This document shows, piece after piece, positions 55,207 through 61,968 of a stretch of DNA of 61,968 nucleotides. The notes beneath the pieces are model-generated. The model searched no databases and was not told where the DNA came from. It saw only the letters and a program-made list of their open reading frames with translations. The stretch's first letter is position 1, and each line of letters opens with the position of its first letter. The stretch covers positions 1-61,968 of the forward strand of contig JAGLRO010000003.1 in assembly GCA_023136245.1 (NCBI GenBank), given 5' to 3'. This DNA comes from Candidatus Heimdallarchaeota archaeon (GTDB lineage: Archaea > Asgardarchaeota > Heimdallarchaeia > Heimdallarchaeales > Heimdallarchaeaceae). Position numbers and translations under genes: made by a program.

Positions 55207-56433
55207 TTATCTTGGTAATCCATTTTCTATCCAAGAATTTATCAATCTCTCAAACTCTTTCTTTTTTTTCAAGGATTGAGTCTGATAAGCATATATCTGA
55301 GACATCGCTAATCCCCCAAGTTCAATGTAAGCTTCATCCATATCGCATATTGCAGCTACCCTTGCTTTCCAATTTTCATCTGAATCCGCTTGTCCTGCAT
55401 ATGATATAAATAATCTCAGAATTTTCTCAATTTTTGGAGAGACTTCTTTTTCATCTGTTGGTTTCGCATCTACTTTAACTTTCTTTGGTTCTTCAGCAGG
55501 TTCTGGTTCCGGTTGTGCAGCAGGTTTAGGTTCCACTTTTGGTTCTTCTGAAACCACTTCATCTTTGATTTCTTCAGGTTCATCAAAGAGTTTTTCCTTA
55601 ATAACAGGTGTAGAAGATGAAGATGGAGGAGTAGCGATTACAACAGGTGCTTTTCTTTCAATTTCTGTACTAACAGGTTTTGATTCTGAAACTGGAGAGG
55701 AAGTTACGAATTTTACTTGATCTGGTGAGATAGTTTCTGTAACTTTCTCTTCTGCTTGCACAGTTACTTTAGCAGAAGAGGACTCTGATTGGATACTTGT
55801 TGCTATAATTTCCTTTGGAACTGAGAATGTTGTTTCAGTTGGTATCTGTCTAGCATCCATAACTGCAGATAAACTTTTTTCAATATCTTGTACGAGGGAA
55901 CTCAAAGCTGGTGATTCTGAACCAAGTATTGCTATCCTATCTTTAAGTGTTTGACATCCAGCTGTCATTATACTTATTCTCTTCTTTAATTCTTGATTTT
56001 CACTTCCTAGCTGATCTCCCTCTTCTCCTGTTTCTGATTCAATAGTATCTATCGAATCCATTAGAGCATGCATCTGAAGCTTTAACTCTTCACGTTCTGC
56101 ATTAAACAGATCTTGTTGAAGCCTTGTATCTTCAATTTCCTTATCTAACTCTATTTTCTCATTTTGGAGAGCATCTCTCTCTGTTTGCAAATCTTCTACC
56201 ACTTTTGACAAATGATCTAACTCTGAAGTTAATTCTTGTACTTTATCATCTGATTGAGCTTGTTCCATTTTCTCTTGCAATTTTTCAAAAAGTTTAATTC
56301 TTCTCATTGCCAACTGGGGAGAAATATTTTCCTTCTGCATAAAATTCAGAATATACTCTAAATCATGAGGTTGAATATTAAATTCCTTAAAAAGTTCCTC
56401 AATCGAAATAGGTTTTTCTGTCATTACCCTCAT
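55207..56433 (-). CDS. coiled-coil protein with a Pro/Glu/Lys-rich disordered linker and a small C-terminal globular domain (hypothetical)
   Basis: 408-aa ORF. It has about 170 aa of heptad-like E/L/Q-rich sequence, then a Ser/Thr/Pro region ending in EEPKVEPKPAAQPEPEPAEEPKK, then an ordered C-terminus of about 80 aa. Confidence 0.5.
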   Translation of the reverse strand: MRVMTEKPISIEELFKEFNIQPHDLEYILNFMQKENISPQLAMRRIKLFEKLQEKMEQAQSDDKVQELTSELDHLSKVVEDLQTERDALQNEKIELDKEIEDTRLQQDLFNAEREELKLQMHALMDSIDTIESETGEEGDQLGSENQELKKRISIMTAGCQTLKDRIAILGSESPALSSLVQDIEKSLSAVMDARQIPTETTFSVPKEIIATSIQSESSSAKVTVQAEEKVTETISPDQVKFVTSSPVSESKPVSTEIERKAPVVIATPPSSSSTPVIKEKLFDEPEEIKDEVVSEEPKVEPKPAAQPEPEPAEEPKKVKVDAKPTDEKEVSPKIEKILRLFISYAGQADSDENWKARVAAICDMDEAYIELGGLAMSQIYAYQTQSLKKKKEFERLINSWIENGLPR

Positions 56434-56555
56434 CTGTTAATAGACAGATTTGATTTAATAAAGTTTAGTTTGAGTTAAAGGAAAAGAAAAGGTTTTTTTA
56501 ATAGGATGTCCATATTTCGAGCTAGGTGTTATTATTGGTAGAGCTAAGAGGTTTG

Positions 56556-57566
56556 ATGGTTAACAGATTAATAGTTTTACTTCAGATATTCATCTTTCCA
56601 GCTTATTTTTATCTATGGACTTTCTTGGGACCAATGAAAGATATGTCTCTTGCAAAATTCTTTTTCTGGAGAGAATCAGGGACTAGTCCTTTCAGTCCTA
56701 CTGCAGAACTTGTTATTTTAAAAGTTCTAACACCACTTATATTCGCTCTGCCATTTACTTTAGTATCATTAGTAAAAGCTAACCGAATAGCTAATTCTTA
56801 TGAACTTATGTGGAGAGCTTTAGGAAAAGTGCGAATTGATACAAAACTCTTCTATATGGTAAATGCTGTTTTCTGCTTATTCTTCTTTATTTTACCTTTT
56901 GGTTCACCTATTATAGCAGTTTTTGGTGCGTTTTTTGCAGTAAAATTAATACTCTATGCTTTTGGTGTAAAGAAACAAGTTCCAGCGCTCTTGATTGTTA
57001 TACCAGGGCTGTTCTTAGCAGCGATACCTTTAATGGTAACTATTGCATTTTATGCTAGTTACTCAGAGATCATTGTTCAAATTTGGGATAATTGGACTAT
57101 TTATTCTGAGATTTTTTATGGAATAGTACTGTGTCTAGCTTGTGCTATAGCAATAGGGAACTTTTTCATGTTCCTAAGAGAAGGAGCATCTCAAGTATCT
57201 TATGTCAAACCAGTAGAACAGAGAATTGGGTTTATTTTTAAGATAATTTTGTTTGGTGGAATTCTACTGTTATTCTTATTTGTTGCTAGAAAAGATACCT
57301 CACATCTGTCGATTTTCATAATAAATGGAATAGCTGTTGGTTTGAGTGTATTAGAAACAATTATTCGTTGGAGAAAGAAAGCATCTAGAGAAAATGGAGG
57401 AGGAGGAGGAGGAACTCTGATGGTTCCAATTTTCATTGCTGTCAATTTCATAGCTAAATATAGAGAAAGTTTCATAACAGTTGTTGTAGCTTTATCAGCC
57501 TGTATCTTCTTCGTTCTTTTTATTCTAGCCTATCGTTATGCTGAGGATGAAACTCTATTCGAATAG
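56556..57566 (+). CDS. polytopic membrane protein (hypothetical)
   Basis: About 9 TM helices with a cytoplasmic loop RKKASRENGGGGGGT. ATG at 56556 lies inside the track ORF that starts at 56526. Confidence 0.45.
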   Translation: MVNRLIVLLQIFIFPAYFYLWTFLGPMKDMSLAKFFFWRESGTSPFSPTAELVILKVLTPLIFALPFTLVSLVKANRIANSYELMWRALGKVRIDTKLFYMVNAVFCLFFFILPFGSPIIAVFGAFFAVKLILYAFGVKKQVPALLIVIPGLFLAAIPLMVTIAFYASYSEIIVQIWDNWTIYSEIFYGIVLCLACAIAIGNFFMFLREGASQVSYVKPVEQRIGFIFKIILFGGILLLFLFVARKDTSHLSIFIINGIAVGLSVLETIIRWRKKASRENGGGGGGTLMVPIFIAVNFIAKYRESFITVVVALSACIFFVLFILAYRYAEDETLFE

Positions 57567-57662
57567 ATCAAACAACATTTTTTCTTTTTATTTTACATTC
57601 CTAACCATAATTCTTATAAGCCAATTTTTTAAGAACTTCTCAAATTTGCTCACACTTCAGAG

Positions 57663-58307
57663 ATGGAACTAATGAGTGATGAATACTTCAACCCTGAAAT
57701 TATTAACAAAATCGAAGAGAACACTGATAAAATAATAAAGAAAATTCTAGCAGAACAAGAAGAAATAATTGCTAATATTAATAAAGAAACAGAAGAAAAA
57801 ATAAAAGAATCAACAGAAAATATCATCAGTGTTGTAAAAAAAAGTGCAGATGCAGAATTCTTAAGAGAGAAAGCAAAACATGATCTAGATTTGCGACTTA
57901 AAATTACAAAGTTTAGGGATGAATTAGTCGATGATTTTATTAATAAAGCAACCGAGAAGATTAAAACTTTAACAAGTTCTAAAGAATATATTACTAGTTT
58001 GGAAAAAATGATACTCGAAGCAGCAGTAACACTCAAACAACCAAAACTGTTACTTTATCGTAGAAAAGAGGATAAAGACATTTTTTCAAAGCAATTTCTT
58101 GAGAACATTTCTACAAAACTTAAAAACGAAAATAACATAGATGTAAAATTTGACATATCTAATAACTTTATAAACTGCATGGGAGGAACAATCGCAGAAA
58201 CAGCTGATGGAAAAATCAGCATTAATAACACTTATGAGAAACGTATTGAAAGATCTTTAGGAAATTTAAAACGAGAGCTTTCTTTACTGCTCACACAAGA
58301 AGGTTGA
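57663..58307 (+). CDS. A/V-type ATPase subunit E-like protein, located away from any atp operon
   Basis: A long K/E-rich N-terminal helix and a C-terminal globular part. CMGGTIAETADGKISINNTYEKRIE aligns with GGCIIETADGLKSLDNSLEAIF of methanogen AtpE as I recall it. Confidence 0.65.
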   Translation: MELMSDEYFNPEIINKIEENTDKIIKKILAEQEEIIANINKETEEKIKESTENIISVVKKSADAEFLREKAKHDLDLRLKITKFRDELVDDFINKATEKIKTLTSSKEYITSLEKMILEAAVTLKQPKLLLYRRKEDKDIFSKQFLENISTKLKNENNIDVKFDISNNFINCMGGTIAETADGKISINNTYEKRIERSLGNLKRELSLLLTQEG

Positions 58308-58312
58308 ATGAA

Positions 58313-58951
58313 ATGAAGAATAAGCAATGGGGAAAAATTGGATTTATCATTATATTTATGTTATTTATCACTATTCCTATGGTGAATTTCTCTATAGCTC
58401 AAACAAATAATTTAGATCAAAATCTACCTATTTTACAACAAGAATATTCAATTGATGCATTTAATGGGAATATATCAACAACAATTATTGAGAGAGGACA
58501 AATAGTTAATTTCTATGCAACCATAGGAAATTTTGGGGATCTAGTTGTACCTGTAGTATCTTTGAACGCTAATTTCACACATGTAGATGGAAATACAGCT
58601 TTAAATGAAATTTATACAGTTACTTTTGACTTAGACTACAGAGAACTTCAACCGGAAGAAACTTTCACTGCAACTCTCATGGCAGAAATCACCAATCCTG
58701 AAGCAAGATACAATGTCTCCATATTTTTCATGGCAGAAGATGTTTACGGTAGTGATGCTGGACCGATAGAAGGGGCACCAGCTTTTCAATTTTTTGCAGC
58801 AGAAGAAATATCTGTTCATGTTATAGATTTTGGAGGTGCTTCGAACGTAATCGTAGGAATCGGCATAACGTTCGCAGCAGCTGTTGTACTTGTAGTCCTA
58901 TACATATTGTATGGTTGGCTAAAAGAAAGAAGGGCTAAGAGAAAGTATTAG
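58313..58951 (+). CDS. secreted beta-sandwich (CARDB-like?) surface protein with a C-terminal TM anchor
   Basis: Signal peptide (IGFIIIFMLFITIPMVNFSIAQ), beta-rich middle, and the C-terminal IDFGGASNVIVGIGITFAAAVVLVVLYILY helix plus KERRAKRKY. Confidence 0.5.
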   Translation: MKNKQWGKIGFIIIFMLFITIPMVNFSIAQTNNLDQNLPILQQEYSIDAFNGNISTTIIERGQIVNFYATIGNFGDLVVPVVSLNANFTHVDGNTALNEIYTVTFDLDYRELQPEETFTATLMAEITNPEARYNVSIFFMAEDVYGSDAGPIEGAPAFQFFAAEEISVHVIDFGGASNVIVGIGITFAAAVVLVVLYILYGWLKERRAKRKY

Positions 58952-58963
58952 AATTCATGTTCC

Positions 58964-59434
58964 CTAGATTAAATTGATTAACCAACCTTGAGGTTGGTAA
59001 ATTAAACCTTCTTTTTTCAATTGTAAAAGTATTTTTTCCAGTTTTGTCAAAGAGATATCAAAAAGAGTAGAATTTCGTATTAAATCATCAATAGTATTTT
59101 CTTTAAGATTCCTAAGAATAAACAGCACAGTATCAGCTACAGAAGCTGCAGGAATATCAAGAAGAATAGATTTTCTTTCTTCATGTTCAAGAATTATCTC
59201 CGATATTTTACTTGCATCTGAATCAGCAAATTCAAAGAATCTTTCTGCAAGTTTTTTTGTAAGGTATTTTGAATCAATAAATTTCTTATGGATCCCACTA
59301 ATATCACTACATATTATTGCTTCACCAGGTTGATAAGATATTATCTTTTCACACCCTTTGCATATCCTATATCGATAATTTTTGGGTATCTCATTAATTG
59401 ATTCACAATTATAGCACCTTAGAATAATTAGCAC
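58964..59434 (-). CDS. zinc-ribbon plus winged-helix-like protein (hypothetical)
   Basis: CYNCES...CKGCEK ribbon at the N-terminus and a helical C-terminus ending LLQLKKEGLIYQ. Its start overlaps the trmI stop. Confidence 0.45.
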   Translation of the reverse strand: MLIILRCYNCESINEIPKNYRYRICKGCEKIISYQPGEAIICSDISGIHKKFIDSKYLTKKLAERFFEFADSDASKISEIILEHEERKSILLDIPAASVADTVLFILRNLKENTIDDLIRNSTLFDISLTKLEKILLQLKKEGLIYQPQGWLINLI

Positions 59435-60231
59435 TATTCGTCACCTTTTGCTAATTTACGGGCAAAAATTAGAAAACCTGTATGCCCTATAATTCTTGTT
59501 TGGGGACGAATCGCATTTCTCTTCAGTTGTAAATCACGTCGTATTAATTCCAGAGCTTGAATATCACCAAAATTGAATTCTTTCAGTTTTAAATACACTT
59601 TTTCTACTTGATTATAAGTAGGCATAAATACAGTAAGAATACCACTTGGTTTTAATGAATCATAAGCATATGGGATAATCTCGCATGGATCTCCAAGATC
59701 TAAAATTATAGCATCAGCGTCTTCTTCATCAAAACCAGTAGACACATCTTTGAGTTTCAGAGAAACTTGATTTTCTAATCCTAATCGCATTATATTCTTC
59801 TTAGCAGTATTGTGTGCAACTTCTCTATTTTCATATGAGTAAACCTGTCCATTTACGCCAACATATGTAGCTAGAATTAAAGTTAACGCACCACTACCTG
59901 TTCCTGCTTCAAGAATTTTCCCCCCAGGATTTATTCCTCCATTAAGCAAGATTAATCCTGCATCTTTAGGATAAATTATCTGTGAACTGTGAGGAATCTG
60001 TTTTAGAAAATCACTCGTTATTGGTTTGTAAATTGTAAGATAAACAGATTTGTTTGTTTTAACATTTATTCCAAATGGTTTTCCTATAATTTTGTCAAAT
60101 TCGAAAAAACCTTTATGACAATGAAATTGTTTTCCTCCGATTACTTTTGTAAGCCATCTTTTCCTTGTATCTAATACAACAAGTATATCGGATCCATGTG
60201 AGATTATATCTTTTTTTTCTGTATGATTCAT
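59434..60231 (-). CDS. trmI: tRNA (adenine58-N1)-methyltransferase TrmI/Gcd14-like
   Basis: An N-terminal beta domain, the SAM loop ILEAGTGSGALTLILA, and the ILDLGDP motif. Confidence 0.8.
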   Translation of the reverse strand: MNHTEKKDIISHGSDILVVLDTRKRWLTKVIGGKQFHCHKGFFEFDKIIGKPFGINVKTNKSVYLTIYKPITSDFLKQIPHSSQIIYPKDAGLILLNGGINPGGKILEAGTGSGALTLILATYVGVNGQVYSYENREVAHNTAKKNIMRLGLENQVSLKLKDVSTGFDEEDADAIILDLGDPCEIIPYAYDSLKPSGILTVFMPTYNQVEKVYLKLKEFNFGDIQALELIRRDLQLKRNAIRPQTRIIGHTGFLIFARKLAKGDE

Positions 60232-60276
60232 TCAATACCAAAATGAATTGATAATAAATGAATATAAGATTTGTTT

Positions 60277-61101
60277 TTACTCATTTCTTCCGTACATATT
60301 ATACGTACTTCGCCCAATTAGTTTAATTGCTTGTTTTCGAGATAAAATCTTTTGGACAAAAAAACTTGCAATTTTATTGCTAATTCCAGGAATGATACGA
60401 GGTTTCTTTCCTAGATTAGCTAGAGATTTTTTTGCAACGGTTGAAGGTTTCAAAGGTTTTGGAACGAAAATTCCAGGATTATCAGGTTTAGTAGCAATAT
60501 AGTTCGGTGTAGCAGTAGATCCTGTTATACTAACAATAACATCAACACCAAAATTTCTCATTTCATACCATAAACCCTCAGCTAATACTATGTTATACGC
60601 TTTCGTTGCAGCATAATGAACATTAATTGGTGTTCCTTGTAATCCAGCCATTGAACTTATAAGAATTATACCACCCTTTCCCTTTTCAATCATCTTTCTC
60701 CCAAAATAATCAATCAGAATGGTAGGACCTCTGCAATTTACATTTATGACTCTAAATTGTTCCTCTAAATCAGATTTGAAGTATGAACCTATCGGTATGA
60801 TAGCAGCATTATAAACCAACAAGTTTACCTGAATATCGTCTGTAATTTTTCTTATCTCTTCAATAAAATTATCTTCTGCAAGGTCTATTGACAATATTCT
60901 GACTTTGATTTCATATTCTTTCTCAAGCTTATCTGCTAGTTTCTTTAGAAGCTCCTCCCTTCTTGCTATCAATACTAGATTTACTCCTTTTCGTGCTAAT
61001 TCTCTAGCAAAAGCTTCTCCAATACCTTGAGAACCACCAGCTATTAAAGCCCAGGAACCATATCTTCTGATGAACTTTGTACGTTTCATAGATGAAACCA
61101 T
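60277..61101 (-). CDS. short-chain dehydrogenase/reductase (SDR)
   Basis: The ALIAGGSQGIGEAFA glycine motif, NAA, and the SS...YAATKAY catalytic triad. Confidence 0.85.
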   Translation of the reverse strand: MVSSMKRTKFIRRYGSWALIAGGSQGIGEAFARELARKGVNLVLIARREELLKKLADKLEKEYEIKVRILSIDLAEDNFIEEIRKITDDIQVNLLVYNAAIIPIGSYFKSDLEEQFRVINVNCRGPTILIDYFGRKMIEKGKGGIILISSMAGLQGTPINVHYAATKAYNIVLAEGLWYEMRNFGVDVIVSITGSTATPNYIATKPDNPGIFVPKPLKPSTVAKKSLANLGKKPRIIPGISNKIASFFVQKILSRKQAIKLIGRSTYNMYGRNE

Positions 61102-61207
61102 TTTTACAAATAGTTACATAAAAAGATTAAGTAAAAAAATTGTACAAAAAACTGTCAGAGTATTTACAAAATTACATAGGTATAAAAGAAAAACAAAAAG
61201 GGAGGAT

Positions 61208-61968
61208 TTAGAGAAATCCTTTCTCTTTTAAAACATCCTCGAGTTTTGGAAAACCTATTTCTTCAAGTTCGTATCTTACTCGAACAATGGGCTTGTTAAC
61301 TTTAATAAGTCTAGTAATATCAATTGGAGTAGCGGAAACCACAACATCACATTCCGTATTGTTAATTGTATCTTCCAAATCTTTGAGTTGTTGATCAAAG
61401 TAACCCATTGCTGGAAGAAGTGGTCCAATATCAGGATAATGTTCGAAAGTTTCTTTCATGCTTCCCACAAGATAAGGTCTAGGATCAATTAACTCTCTTG
61501 CACCAAACCTTTTAGCAGCTACTATACCCGCACCATATTTCATTTCACCATGAGTCAAAGTGGGGCCATCTTCAATAACTAGAACCCTTTTTCCTTTTAT
61601 TAAATCAGGATTATCTACAAAAATTGGAGATGCAGCTTCAATTATTACTGCTTTTGGGTTTGCAATTCGAATGTTTTCCTCCAGCTTCATAACATTATTG
61701 TAATCTGCTGTAGCGATTTTGTTTACAACTACAACATCTGCTAGATTTAATGTTGTCTCCCCTGGATGGTATCGAAGCTCATGTCCCACTCTGTGTGGAT
61801 CTGCAACAACTATTTGTAAATCGGGCTTATAGAAAGAAAAATCATTGTTCCCACCATCCCATAGTATTATATCTGCCTCTTTTTCGGCTTCTCTCAGGAT
61901 TGCTTCATAATCCACTCCTGAATATATTACTAAACCTCTGTCTATATATGGTTCATATTCTTCTCTTT
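61208..61968 (-). CDS. C-terminal part of a COG2403-like protein ('predicted GTPase' / cyclic 2,3-diphosphoglycerate synthetase family); 5' end lies outside the window
   Basis: The reading frame stays open upstream of the track start (GTG 61915) to the window edge (...REEYEPYIDRGLVIYSGVDYEAIL). ILWDGGNND, VVVNKI and VVVSATPIDITRLI fit my recollection of this family. Confidence 0.4.
   Translation of the reverse strand, partial: REEYEPYIDRGLVIYSGVDYEAILREAEKEADIILWDGGNNDFSFYKPDLQIVVADPHRVGHELRYHPGETTLNLADVVVVNKIATADYNNVMKLEENIRIANPKAVIIEAASPIFVDNPDLIKGKRVLVIEDGPTLTHGEMKYGAGIVAAKRFGARELIDPRPYLVGSMKETFEHYPDIGPLLPAMGYFDQQLKDLEDTINNTECDVVVSATPIDITRLIKVNKPIVRVRYELEEIGFPKLEDVLKEKGFL

Noticed and set aside
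55440-55640. GC-rich tract with reiterated GGTTC/GGTTCT units as a DNA repeat element
   Set aside because: It is the antisense image of the in-frame Pro/Glu/Lys-rich linker (EPKPAAQPEPEPAEEPKK) of ORF 55207..56433. It is coding low-complexity sequence, not a tandem repeat locus.
57650-58036. Long antisense ORFs opposite real genes (this one; also 32223..32591, 3790..4071, 26761..27048, 30684..30968, 33159..33470 and others)
   Set aside because: Each lies opposite a Lys/Glu-rich sense gene with clear family motifs. Each translates to Ser/Phe/Leu/Ile-rich low-complexity sequence. This is a mirror-image artefact of GAA/AAA-rich coding strands.
1-61968. CRISPR arrays, transposases, integrases, prophage or defence-island signatures, and rRNA genes
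   Set aside because: I found no spaced direct repeats, no DDE, tyrosine or serine recombinase motifs, no terminal inverted repeats flanking a block, and no rRNA-like GC-rich stretches. The only GC-rich non-coding patches are the two tRNA genes.

Overview
This is a 62-kb, very AT-rich archaeal chromosomal segment, densely coding with about 70 CDS. It carries two intron-containing tRNA genes. I saw no rRNA, CRISPR array, transposase or integrase.

All homology calls below come from reading the translated ORFs against family motifs I remember. No search was run, so each call needs HMM or BLAST confirmation.

Core content:
- A ribosome-biogenesis and translation-initiation cluster: NMD3, DUF424 and aIF2-beta on one strand, facing aIF1A, Rio1, a KH/Dim2-like protein and a PHP protein on the other.
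- A split MetRS (catalytic chain plus a separate tRNA-binding chain).
- deoC-mutS-mutL, metK, G1P dehydrogenase (egsA), Nop2/Sun plus a Nip7-like PUA protein, aCPSF1, an MCT-1-like PUA protein, an M32 carboxypeptidase, enolase, ThiL and TrmI.

Accessory content:
- A surface-glycan island of about 19 kb (9.3-28.6 kb). It holds four GT4/GT2 glycosyltransferases, an ArnD-like deacetylase, a GT-C-like membrane protein, WbpB/WbpD-like sugar-modifying enzymes, DUF362, an archaeosortase, and a BpsA-like protein paired with a PLP decarboxylase.
- The island ends in a protein whose topology and motifs match eukaryotic ribophorin I/Ost1.

The archaeal information-processing genes, G1P dehydrogenase, the ribophorin-I-like protein, a long Trm112 and a basic-tailed aIF1A together suggest an Asgard (Loki-like) archaeon. 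That is inference only.

Observations most worth a second look:
1. The ribophorin-I-like gene at the edge of the glycan and archaeosortase island.
2. A tRNA-Trp with two introns, one at T-loop position 59/60 with a perfect bulge-helix-bulge motif.
3. A bacterial/eukaryotic-type MetK and bacterial-type MutS/MutL.
4. An orphan A/V-ATPase subunit-E paralog.
5. Two paralogous RHH regulators that share an upstream motif at the same spacing.

I did not find a clearly new multi-gene system such as a defence island.
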